Virus record (IMG/VR): IMGVR_UViG_3300022209_000010
Coordinates: 1-31,682 of that record
Reading direction: 5' to 3' (one strand)
Source of the DNA: a virus
Lineage: Duplodnaviria; Caudoviricetes
Length of the DNA: 31,682 nucleotides
Both the position numbers and the translations under genes were made by a program. The notes beneath the pieces are model-generated. The model did no database searches, was not told the DNA's origin, and saw nothing but the letters and a program-made list of their open reading frames with translations. Positions within the stretch are counted from its first letter, which is position 1; the number at the start of each line of letters is the position of its first letter. This document shows positions 1 through 7,799 of the stretch, piece by piece.

Positions 1-2
1 AT

Positions 3-266
3 GATCCAAACGTGCAATGCGAGGAAGGTCAATATTACCGTGACCGAGCACGGGATGCCATCGCCGCCTACGAAGCCGCGCGCCCCGACCATGTGATGGT
101 GCCCAAAAACCCAAGCCTAAATAGCAAGATGGCTGACGTTCTTGGCACAATTACAATGGTCCCTGGAAATGTCGTTCATATTTCGGGTGAGGATGTAATT
201 AAAACCGGAATGTGGCGGGCCATGATAACCGCACACGAACAGGAAAAGACCGATGAATTACCATGA
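3..266 (+). CDS. hypothetical phage protein, probably 5'-truncated by window edge
   Basis: Frame is open from base 3 (GAT CCA AAC GTG...); stop overlaps the next small ORF. Confidence 0.6.
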   Translation, partial: DPNVQCEEGQYYRDRARDAIAAYEAARPDHVMVPKNPSLNSKMADVLGTITMVPGNVVHISGEDVIKTGMWRAMITAHEQEKTDELP

Positions 267-390
267 ATATTTGACGGATTGGGAAATTGCTGCCGATATC
301 GAGGCGGAGGAAGCACGGGCGCGGCTGGTAAAGGAAGCCGACGAACAGAAGTATGCTAAACAACCCCATCAACCAGGAGTGAACCAATGA
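253..390 (+). CDS. small hypothetical protein, 45 aa (MNYHEYLTDWEIAADIEAEEARARLVKEADEQKYAKQPHQPGVNQ), not in ORF track
   Basis: AGGA upstream of ATG at 253; stop forms an ATGA overlap with the 387 gene; fills the gap between neighbours. Confidence 0.65.
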   Translation: MNYHEYLTDWEIAADIEAEEARARLVKEADEQKYAKQPHQPGVNQ

Positions 391-914
391 AATATCTCGC
401 TGCCGTTATCATTCTACTTTTCTCGACCGCCGCTTTCGCCGGGGAGCGCGAGCGCCCCAATGCACAATCCAGCGCCCGCGCCGCCGCTCTCGCCGTGGGC
501 GTCGGTATCGCAGGAGCCAAGGGAGGGACCGCCACGGCATCTGGAGATAGCGGCGACTCGCTTTACCTGTCTATCCCCGGAGCAGCTTCCGTGGGCGCGG
601 CAGGGGCTCACAAGTGCGGCCTATCGACGGGCTGGAGTATTCCGATCTTTACCTATAACTCGGTCGAAATGGAGCCGTTCTGTGCGCTCTCTACACAGGC
701 AGACTGGGTATGTCAGCGGGCCAGACTTAATCCCGCGCTGGCGGACCGCTGCAAAGAGTTGACCGATCAAGCAGCTAATTTCGGCAAAGAACCGGAAGAA
801 ATGGTGGCCGCTGGAAGGCCTCCCGTCAAGACTGCCTCCAACAAGGGCGGCAAAGACAAAGACGATCTGGCCTGCGTTCTGGGCTGGGCTATTGCTAAAC
901 ACCTAGACTGTTAG
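387..914 (+). CDS. secreted/periplasmic Cys-containing hypothetical protein
   Basis: AGGAG RBS; Sec signal peptide MKYLAAVIILLFSTAAFA; six Cys; Gly/Ala-rich N-terminal segment. Confidence 0.8.
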   Translation: MKYLAAVIILLFSTAAFAGERERPNAQSSARAAALAVGVGIAGAKGGTATASGDSGDSLYLSIPGAASVGAAGAHKCGLSTGWSIPIFTYNSVEMEPFCALSTQADWVCQRARLNPALADRCKELTDQAANFGKEPEEMVAAGRPPVKTASNKGGKDKDDLACVLGWAIAKHLDC

Positions 915-923
915 GAGAAGAAA

Positions 924-1118
924 ATGAAAAGTCTGATTTTCGTAATTTCGATGTTGTTTGCCGGCGTGGCCTATGCCGTCCCTGCGGACTGGGTTAAGGT
1001 CGGCAAGGGTATGTATACCTCTCCGGTCTGCTCCACCCCAGAATGTGCGGCGCGTGAAGCGAAAGATATCGACTTCTATGCGGGCGATCTGGATGGGGTT
1101 GACGACGACGACGAATAG
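924..1118 (+). CDS. small secreted protein with acidic tail
   Basis: AGGAG RBS; signal peptide MKSLIFVISMLFAGVAYA; CSTPEC; ends DDDDE. Confidence 0.8.
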   Translation: MKSLIFVISMLFAGVAYAVPADWVKVGKGMYTSPVCSTPECAAREAKDIDFYAGDLDGVDDDDE

Positions 1119-1160
1119 TGTATAACTAACCCATCAACGCATATTCCCTCAAACTCCAGG

Positions 1161-1195
1161 GGGCCGGTGGCAGAAATGTCCCCGGCCCTTTCTTT
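1161..1195 (+). terminator. intrinsic terminator between convergent transcription units
   Basis: GGGCCGG-T-GGCA-GAAA-TGTC-C-CCGGCCC followed by TTTCTTT; lies where plus and minus genes converge. Confidence 0.8.
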
Positions 1196-1409
1196 ATTTG
1201 CGGCAGATTTCCAGTTGGTCTGCGAGTCTGTCCAGACGAGACATCCATTCCCAAAAATACGTGTATCCTTCATAGGGAATCTTTTTCATTTCCTCCGCCA
1301 CGCGGACACCGGCCTTGGGCCACGGTGGGCAGCGGGACGCCTTAGAGGTCGTTGTCCCGCATCCGATCAATGATATCAGAACGATCCCTAGGACGGCGGC
1401 TCGCCACAT
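1194..1409 (-). CDS. o-spanin (Rz1-like outer-membrane lipoprotein)
   Basis: Start reassigned to MWRAAVLGIVLISLIGC (AGGAG RBS); lipobox LIG-C; Pro-rich CPPWP; overlaps the 3' end of the Rz-like gene in another frame. Confidence 0.8.
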   Translation of the reverse strand: MWRAAVLGIVLISLIGCGTTTSKASRCPPWPKAGVRVAEEMKKIPYEGYTYFWEWMSRLDRLADQLEICRK

Positions 1410-1578
1410 CCAATTGCTCCTGCTGAATCTCGGAGGTTTTCTCGGTCTGCTTTGCGCGCTCGTTTTTCTTGCCGAGCTTATAGGCAAAGATCACGCCCAT
1501 CCATTTAAGGGCGGCGCTGGCCAAGTCGGCGATAAACCCACCGATCTTGGCAAACGCACCTGTAATCGCCAACCACAT
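1342..1578 (-). CDS. i-spanin (Rz-like)
   Basis: Hydrophobic N-terminal half then charged helical C-terminus; downstream of endolysin/holin; overlaps lipoprotein gene. Confidence 0.7.
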   Translation of the reverse strand: MWLAITGAFAKIGGFIADLASAALKWMGVIFAYKLGKKNERAKQTEKTSEIQQEQLDVASRRPRDRSDIIDRMRDNDL

Positions 1579-1796
1579 CAGGCTTTAGGCACAATTTTGA
1601 GTTTGGACACGGCATCGCGCATACCGTAAACTGTCCATGCGCTTCCCGCAGCCATGATAAGATTATTAATCAGACCACTAACAGCCGTTTCAGCGCCGGT
1701 CCACCATTCCCAGCCAAACTGTGTGGCAAGATATCCAACCATCGTAATTACGACGCCTTGAATGGTCTTGCTTGCCATAATCCATTTATTACTCAT
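1578..1796 (-). CDS. putative holin
   Basis: 72 aa, two hydrophobic segments, SKT motif near N-terminus, basic C-terminus; adjacent to endolysin. Confidence 0.7.
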   Translation of the reverse strand: MSNKWIMASKTIQGVVITMVGYLATQFGWEWWTGAETAVSGLINNLIMAAGSAWTVYGMRDAVSKLKIVPKA

Positions 1797-1814
1797 AACT
1801 AATCCGATCTGTGG

Positions 1815-2243
1815 TTAAGGCATTCTACCCCAGCGATCTAACACAAGCACATCCTTGTATTCAAACACCGGGCATTCCTTGTTAGCCACCTCACAGTGGC
1901 CGTGGAACGATATTCTACCATAATAGGCTTCGTTAATCTCTCCACAGAGCGCCTGTAGGGCCGTCAGAGAGGCGTCCGAGAAGTCCCTTAGACCGTGGAC
2001 CATGATTGCTATGGTTCTAAGGTTATGGCCCTTCTGCGCTGCCGGAACGGCCTCCAGCGGCCTCCCCTCGAATACTCCACCCAGCTTATCAATCAGGAAA
2101 TGATACCCCACGTCATTCCAGCCGCGTGCCTTGTGCCAATTCCGTATCTCGTCAACGATATGTCGGCCAACAAGCGTCTCGTCGTCGCTGGCGCTGCAAT
2201 GCAGGAAGACACGCTGCACGGCCCTTTTGGGGCGCTCAAACAT
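1815..2243 (-). CDS. endolysin, N-acetylmuramoyl-L-alanine amidase (T7 lysozyme / Amidase_2 type)
   Basis: Zn-amidase motifs HCSAS, WHKARGWNDVGYHF, GR..GHN, FHGH and KECP. Confidence 0.93.
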   Translation of the reverse strand: MFERPKRAVQRVFLHCSASDDETLVGRHIVDEIRNWHKARGWNDVGYHFLIDKLGGVFEGRPLEAVPAAQKGHNLRTIAIMVHGLRDFSDASLTALQALCGEINEAYYGRISFHGHCEVANKECPVFEYKDVLVLDRWGRMP

Positions 2244-2397
2244 CCTCTTCCTCTTTCAGCTTCTTCGCATACTGCTTGAGGTAGTCGCGGGCCTGATCCA
2301 GAGTTTCGTTCTGCTTGCGCGTGGTGTCCCATTGGCCCCGCCCGTCCCCTGCCGGAGCAATGTCGTCCGCGACCTTTTCCACTCTCTCCCATTCCAT
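2236..2397 (-). CDS. small hypothetical protein (start probably MEWERV)
   Basis: TGATG coupling to upstream gene at 2397; stop overlaps endolysin start. Confidence 0.65.
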   Translation of the reverse strand: MEWERVEKVADDIAPAGDGRGQWDTTRKQNETLDQARDYLKQYAKKLKEEEDV

Positions 2398-2669
2398 CAG
2401 TAAGTCGTCCCTACCAGTTCCCAACCATCGCCAACCATCATAATACAGGCTCTCGGCGGGTCGGGGAATGTCACGACAAGCGTCCAGGCGGTCGTCTTTT
2501 TATTGGCGAAGATTTCCATGATAGCGCCCGAACTGACTGCTGCATCCGCAACCTTTCGTTCGCCATTTCCCTTGTTCACCGCATTGATATCTTTCAAGCT
2601 CATGCAGACCATGCCTTGCGCCAATGCCGGAGACGTTACTAACCAAAGCAGGGTTGCAAGGCGGGTCAC
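2397..2669 (-). CDS. secreted hypothetical protein with one Cys pair
   Basis: GTG start overlapping upstream stop; signal peptide ending ALA-Q; two Cys. Confidence 0.7.
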   Translation of the reverse strand: MTRLATLLWLVTSPALAQGMVCMSLKDINAVNKGNGERKVADAAVSSGAIMEIFANKKTTAWTLVVTFPDPPRACIMMVGDGWELVGTTY

Positions 2670-2998
2670 TTATTGTTGTCGAGCTTGTCGAAGATACGCT
2701 CCAGGGCGCGGCCCGTCTCGTTATGACGGCGAAGGGCTTCCAGCGCCCGTTCGCGTTCCTTCTGTTCCGCCGAGTCAAGTCGTTGGATTACGATGCCCTG
2801 CTTCTTGTCTATGTCACTGATTGTTCTTGTGAGTTCTTCGACGCTTTTCTCGTTTTTTTGCGAGCGTTCTGCAGCCGCGTTTACCACATGCCCGAGGTCA
2901 TTCCAGGCGATGACACCGGCAATTCCCAGCCCGACGACAGTCAGGCCGTGGCGGAACCACGCCGGGTGCTTTAATATTTTCTCAGGGTCCATGCGCAT
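2666..2998 (-). CDS. single-TM coiled-coil protein at head of lysis cassette (possible holin/antiholin-like)
   Basis: GAGGA RBS; TM segment LTVVGLGIAGVIAW followed by charged heptad-like region. Confidence 0.65.
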   Translation of the reverse strand: MRMDPEKILKHPAWFRHGLTVVGLGIAGVIAWNDLGHVVNAAAERSQKNEKSVEELTRTISDIDKKQGIVIQRLDSAEQKERERALEALRRHNETGRALERIFDKLDNNK

Positions 2999-3042
2999 AC
3001 TATCCTCTATACTCAGAACTACTTCAAATGGGCGGATATATG

Positions 3043-3067
3043 GTTAATATCTGATGAATATATTAAC
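3043..3067. promoter_or_regulatory. AT-rich inverted repeat upstream of lysis cassette
   Basis: GTTAATAT-N9-ATATTAAC perfect 8-bp arms in an 86-bp AT-rich intergenic gap. Confidence 0.4.
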
Positions 3068-3084
3068 GGCCAACCAAGGCCCGG

Positions 3085-3390
3085 CTACCCTTCTAATTGA
3101 TGAACCACATCTAACGGCACATCTTCTGCCATTTCATCAGCCCGTTTAACAACGGCATTTCTAAAGCTCTCTATGGCCGCGACGTTTGCCTTCGCTTCCT
3201 GTGCCGCCGCCATGCTCATGTAAGGTGCCCAGAAGTGTGCACAGCCCCACTCCTGTACGTTCCGGCCCGTGTCCGGCGTTCTGAACCCGAAGAACATATA
3301 AAGGGCGCAGCCGTCTTTTTTCTTTCTAGTTTCCCGACAGGATTTAAAGTTGTTATAAGGACAACCACTCGTATCATCGAACAGCATCAT
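3085..3390 (-). CDS. Cys-containing phage protein downstream of tail-fibre gene (possible fibre chaperone)
   Basis: Pattern CP....C...C...P.TG....WGCA..W....AAIESFRN recalled from tail regions of environmental phages; ATGA coupling. Confidence 0.65.
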   Translation of the reverse strand: MMLFDDTSGCPYNNFKSCRETRKKKDGCALYMFFGFRTPDTGRNVQEWGCAHFWAPYMSMAAAQEAKANVAAIESFRNAVVKRADEMAEDVPLDVVHQLEG

Positions 3391-3932
3391 TTCTTCTCTG
3401 CAACAATGACATCAACAAACTTCAGGTCCATGTTGGGCAGGGTGTGGACATGCCCCGAACCGGACCCGGCGTTAGCAGTGCTTCCGCTGATCGTCGGCGT
3501 CCGTGAATCGGTGGATTGCACCGTACCTGTGTCTTCGGTTCCGCCTGCGGGGTCGCCAAAAATATCCACCCCCGTCGATATTTGCGACTGGGCTGGCAAC
3601 GCATTCTTCCAGCCTGTCGCTGTGTCGTCTGTGACGTAGAGAAAATGGAAATGGCTGGCATTCACCAGCGTCCCAGCGGCGTGCAAGTGTACCGGCATTT
3701 CGGTGGCTGTCAGAGTGTGGGCAGAGGCCGTCTTGGCGGCACCGAACAGAGTATTGAAGGCATCCGATCCCCCAACGCCCACGGCACCCGTGGTGGAGCG
3801 AAGACCGGCGTCTTCGTAGGTAGCGCCAGTTAATTGGGTCCACCCGAGTGGGGCAACGGACTGGTGGAACACCATTCTCGTTCCCCTGGGGAAACCTTTA
3901 GGCTCATTCAAACGTCTGGAAAAGTTACGCAT
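3387..3932 (-). CDS. short tail fibre / tail-collar-like protein
   Basis: FP.GTRMVFHQ..AP.GWT collar-like motif; HTLT..EMP.H.H and H.H metal-site motifs of trimeric fibres; C-terminal VDVIVAEK. Confidence 0.75.
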   Translation of the reverse strand: MRNFSRRLNEPKGFPRGTRMVFHQSVAPLGWTQLTGATYEDAGLRSTTGAVGVGGSDAFNTLFGAAKTASAHTLTATEMPVHLHAAGTLVNASHFHFLYVTDDTATGWKNALPAQSQISTGVDIFGDPAGGTEDTGTVQSTDSRTPTISGSTANAGSGSGHVHTLPNMDLKFVDVIVAEKK

Positions 3933-4294
3933 TATGTGGCCCTGTTAACCCAACCCGCCAAATGGAAAATGCCCGAGGCCGTGGCGAATGCCCGGATAAT
4001 AGATGTCGTCGCCGTGAAACTGACGCCGGGCACCAGATAATTAAGCCCGTCCATTTCAGCCAAATCCACAATAACATGATCCGCCGTCCCGGTGCCGCCT
4101 AGTTCAATCGTTAACCGCGAGGGACTCGTTGCCGTGCCTGCGTTCATCGCATACAGGTAGACTTCCTCAATGCCGTTGGTCGTGGTCGCCTGCACCGTAT
4201 GAACGGTCGTGCCCGGTGAGGTCAGGTTGTTAACCTCGACCATGCGGCCATTCGTGGACCCGCTAAGTATCTGCTTTGAATACGTTAAGGCCAT
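3932..4294 (-). CDS. putative small virion structural protein
   Basis: Thr/Gly-rich beta-type composition; TAATG coupling at both ends; tail module. Confidence 0.7.
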   Translation of the reverse strand: MALTYSKQILSGSTNGRMVEVNNLTSPGTTVHTVQATTTNGIEEVYLYAMNAGTATSPSRLTIELGGTGTADHVIVDLAEMDGLNYLVPGVSFTATTSIIRAFATASGIFHLAGWVNRAT

Positions 4295-4552
4295 TAGCTA
4301 AACATCCTGTTCATTATGACGATCCCCTCCTGTCCGGGGTCCGTGGTCAAAATCAACGCGCCGAAAGCAGCAGATACGTTCGAGTCCACGCCCTCGACGC
4401 CGGTCTTTAGCGGATCGCCCAACTTACTGACGTGCTTTGCCCATTCCACCTTGTTATCGGCGGTCGTGGTGCCGTCATCCGGTTTTCATTCACGGGGGCG
4501 GGGAGGTGTTGTAACCACTAATGGTTACAGACGAATAGGGGTTATCAGCCAT
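4294..4552 (-). pseudogene. interrupted ~81-aa tail-region gene (MADNPYSSVTISGYNTSPPP / DDGTTTADNKVEWAKHVSKLGDPLK...MNRMFS); recoded gene or pseudogene
   Basis: GGGAGG RBS and ATG at 4552; 20 codons, TGA at 4492-4490; second frame 4479-4294 ends in TAATG overlap with next gene; removing 13 nt restores one ORF. Confidence 0.75.
4510..4529. repeat. perfect 8-bp inverted repeat (hairpin) inside the interrupted gene
   Basis: TGTAACCA-CTAA-TGGTTACA. Confidence 0.7.
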
Positions 4553-4647
4553 TTAACCCCCCTCCCCGCACCCGCAATGTGCTCCTTCTAATAAGGTGTT
4601 TCATCTAATTGTGTCCTACATAGATGTGATATGGATTATCAGCCATT
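4535..4647 (-). repeat. imperfect direct repeat of the gene start, 94 bp apart
   Basis: AATGGCTGATAATCCATAT (4647-4629) vs AATGGCTGATAACCCCTAT (4553-4535), 17/19 identical, both reading MADNPY. Confidence 0.75.
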
Positions 4648-4682
4648 GCTCAACCTATCATATTGTCTTGTTAATGTTCCAA

Positions 4683-7600
4683 TCAGCGCGTGCGTTCTTT
4701 AACTCTCTTCTCCACCTGCTTCTTAAATAGATCAGGGTTTTCGGCAAATAGTCTTACGCGGGCCAATTGACGCCAACGCCGCACGGTTTCCTTAATGAAA
4801 TCCTCTTGCGCCGTTCTGCCGCCCGGCTGTGATCCCAGCGCGTCCCACCCCTCGCTGGTAACTGCCGCATCCAGGATGCGCTTGGCGGGCTTCCCTGCGG
4901 CCTCCACATAGCTCCAATATTGCTGTGGGGTTAGTTCTATGCCGCTGATTTTACGGGGCGGCATGGTAAGTTCCAGCTTTAACCGCACAACTTCGTTGGC
5001 TAGCTTATCCTTGGATGCCTTGTTGGTGTAGATGGGCGAGATAATGTCAGGCCCGAGCCCCCCGGTTAATGATATGGGCGAGCCCCATACATTCCGCCTT
5101 GCGGGCAAGTCTTCACTATACCCCGGTAGGCGGGATTTAATCTTATCCTGGAATGAGCGCACATCCCGAAGAATGGGGTCTTCCGTCCGCGCCAACTGTG
5201 CAACGCCGGTCGGGATCAACGTGCCGGATAGATTCTGTAGATACCTCTCCCCATACCTGTCTGGATCATGTAACGCTTGGATGGTTTCGGAAATTGATTT
5301 GAGATACGTCTTGGAAATCACATTCTTGGCAACAGCCATAGATATCATGCCCGCCAATTCGTCCTGCTCACCTTTCTCAAGGTGGCCGGAAATCTCCGCG
5401 TAATCCGCAGCCACCCCGAATAGAATGCCAAGCGGCTCAAGCCGAGCGTAGGAAAAATACTTGTCGCCTATTTTCAGGCTGTATGGTTGCCACCCGGTAT
5501 TGAATAAGGCCTGCCTAAGTTCCGGGTCTTTCGGCCCACCGCCGGTAATCTTACCCTCGGCAGCATAGCTTGCGACAACTGCGCTTACGCCCGTACCTAT
5601 GGTCATGCGGGCCAAGGCCAAATCCCTGGCCGCGCCGCCCTTTTTAATATCCGCACGGAAATTACGTGATAGGGGGGCCAGTACCGATCTTCCCGCCGCA
5701 AACTTGAGAATGTTAAGCGGTGTCCTCAGAAACGGCACCAGCAGACGGGCGGGCGCGGCAACCAATGGGTTGTCACTGTTCCTGATTCCCTGAATTTTCT
5801 GCCCGACATCCCCGAGTGGGTTGGTGAATGTCTGGTAGCGGGCGGTGTCCAGCGCGGCCAGTTTAATCTTTTCGGGCGGGTTGGTGATGACTTCATTAAT
5901 ATGTTTAGCCAGATCATTCCCGCGCAATCCCCTTTCCAGCCCGGTACGCATGGCGAGAGAGCGCAATTCCATCCTGAAGCCGATGGTCTTGAAGAATTCA
6001 TCTTCCGCCACCAGTGCTCGACCGGGCAGGCGGACAACCTTTCCGACAACTCCGGGGATGGCCTTGGGATTGGGTACATCCAGCTTGGAAAAGATATCCG
6101 AGGGCTCCTCGGTTATGAACGCCTTGGCTCCGGCCCGAAGGCCGTCCTTCATCCCCTCGACCATACCGAAGATACGGGCCTGCGTGTCGCGAAAGGTAAC
6201 GCCCTTGCCCCCCCTAACCCCGCGAATCCCCGCCGCAAGTAGATGTTCGGGAATTGTCCAGAGCGCGACTAGACTATTGGATAGTGTATTAACGGCATGA
6301 GTCTGTGGACCGGACAATAGCCCGTTAATCCAAACCTCGAATATCTTGTCCAGCGTGGTAGCCTTACGCACTCCGCGCGTAAACACTGCTACCTGTTCGG
6401 GAGTGTCAAGTCTGCTGGCAAGGTCCGCTATCTTGTCGATACGGTCCCGCCCGCCCTGAGACTCGATAATTTCCCGGAGAACGCGCTCCTTACTCTCCGA
6501 GGGAATCTGGAACTGACGTAACGCACGACCCGCCTCTGCCGTAAGACCGGCAACCTGTTCTTGAATAGCAACATGACGAGTTAGCGCTTGCTGAAACGAT
6601 ACAACTGCCTCATCCGACCCTCCCCGCGCCGCCTTGCTTAGATCAACCACTCGCTCCGCTGATTCAGCCAACAAGTTACGAGCAGCCAAGGCCTCTTCGG
6701 CATTAAATGCCTGCCCTTTGCGCCGCTTAAGGAGTGCTGATTCTGTCATCCCCAGATCGGAAGCCAGCAAGCGTGTCTGGTCGGTACTGATGACGCCTCG
6801 CCGTGCGGCCTCCATCTTCCCGGCCTGTTCCTGGGATGCTTCCAAGATAACCTGCTTGGCATCTTCCGGGGAGTTAATCCGGTCGAGGTTTATGTTCCCG
6901 GCACGGCGCGGCTCTTTATTTTCCCTAGCAAGCTTAGCGGTCCCAGCAGGGACTTCCTCCCTCCCCGATCCCACATCGGAAGTGCGTGGAGCCACATCTT
7001 CAATCGCCGCCTCGTCTGCCTGCGCCAGTACATGCTGACGAGCACCCGCCCTAAACCCGCGCATGAGAGCTACGAACGGTTGCAGGGCAACACCCAACCC
7101 AGCCCCCTCAAGGGCTAACTCAAACCGATTCTGCGCTTCCGAATCCTTGGGGTCTGCCGCAAGATATTCTGTTACGGGGTTTTGCAACTCAGGAAACTGT
7201 TGGATGAAATTACTGAATCGTGGTTGTTGTGGGTCGAAGGCCACTTGATCCGCGACAACGGCAGCGATTTCCGTCTCCAGAAATCTACCAACTGCCTTGG
7301 CTGCGGGAACGCCCATCTTCTCGGCAAATCGTGTCGCCGCTTCCGCTACCTGTCCCGTCCGACTCGCAGCTAGAACCGGGATAAACCCGGTCACAAACTG
7401 CATGACGCCACGGTTTAGAGCGCCGCCCAAATCTTTCGGCTTGTCAACCTGAGGAATTTTAATGTCGGACGTTTGCTCAGGGGGGATGTGTTGCCCTGTG
7501 CTGAAATCAAAACCACCAATGCCTGTTGCTTCAGAAAGCGCCCGCGCGGGTTTGTTAACTACTAAATCCACGATATTCTGCGCCGCTTCGAGTATTCCCC

Positions 7601-7796
7601 CTGCCTGCTGCTTGAAGTTCTCACCCATTTTTTCAAGTAGCGTAGGCTCTTCCTCCTGGAATCCTGCCGCTGACTCTTCTTCTCTAAACTCACTCCCCTC
7701 TATCACCGGAACATTCGTGATGTCCACGGTAACGCCGGGACCAAACCCAAGCGGCGGTTCCTCTGTCGGTTCCTCTCGGAAGTCCTGTTCAGACAT
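4683..7796 (-). CDS. large internal virion / DNA ejection protein
   Basis: 1037 aa, helical; third of three genes after the nozzle as in podoviruses; acidic F(R/Q)EE repeats at N-terminus; GWQPYS and SY.RLEP motifs recalled from such proteins. Confidence 0.75.
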   Translation of the reverse strand: MSEQDFREEPTEEPPLGFGPGVTVDITNVPVIEGSEFREEESAAGFQEEEPTLLEKMGENFKQQAGGILEAAQNIVDLVVNKPARALSEATGIGGFDFSTGQHIPPEQTSDIKIPQVDKPKDLGGALNRGVMQFVTGFIPVLAASRTGQVAEAATRFAEKMGVPAAKAVGRFLETEIAAVVADQVAFDPQQPRFSNFIQQFPELQNPVTEYLAADPKDSEAQNRFELALEGAGLGVALQPFVALMRGFRAGARQHVLAQADEAAIEDVAPRTSDVGSGREEVPAGTAKLARENKEPRRAGNINLDRINSPEDAKQVILEASQEQAGKMEAARRGVISTDQTRLLASDLGMTESALLKRRKGQAFNAEEALAARNLLAESAERVVDLSKAARGGSDEAVVSFQQALTRHVAIQEQVAGLTAEAGRALRQFQIPSESKERVLREIIESQGGRDRIDKIADLASRLDTPEQVAVFTRGVRKATTLDKIFEVWINGLLSGPQTHAVNTLSNSLVALWTIPEHLLAAGIRGVRGGKGVTFRDTQARIFGMVEGMKDGLRAGAKAFITEEPSDIFSKLDVPNPKAIPGVVGKVVRLPGRALVAEDEFFKTIGFRMELRSLAMRTGLERGLRGNDLAKHINEVITNPPEKIKLAALDTARYQTFTNPLGDVGQKIQGIRNSDNPLVAAPARLLVPFLRTPLNILKFAAGRSVLAPLSRNFRADIKKGGAARDLALARMTIGTGVSAVVASYAAEGKITGGGPKDPELRQALFNTGWQPYSLKIGDKYFSYARLEPLGILFGVAADYAEISGHLEKGEQDELAGMISMAVAKNVISKTYLKSISETIQALHDPDRYGERYLQNLSGTLIPTGVAQLARTEDPILRDVRSFQDKIKSRLPGYSEDLPARRNVWGSPISLTGGLGPDIISPIYTNKASKDKLANEVVRLKLELTMPPRKISGIELTPQQYWSYVEAAGKPAKRILDAAVTSEGWDALGSQPGGRTAQEDFIKETVRRWRQLARVRLFAENPDLFKKQVEKRVKERTR

Positions 7797-7799
7797 CGG

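Noticed and set aside
1410-1487. N-terminal extension of the o-spanin in the ORF track; likewise track starts at 2424, 12447, 20440, 22373 and 30473
   Set aside because: Downstream ATGs have better RBSs or stop/start coupling and give family-typical N-termini
3051-3084. CTGATGA resembling a hammerhead ribozyme core
   Set aside because: No stem II followed by GAAA and no matching cleavage-site helix
4316-4591. 91-aa plus-strand ORF over the interrupted gene
   Set aside because: Opposes the operon and lacks a clear RBS; the minus-strand reading has an RBS and TAATG coupling
4650-4685. Possible sigma70 promoter (TTGGAA...TATGAT) on the minus strand
   Set aside because: Spacer is only 14 nt; too weak to call
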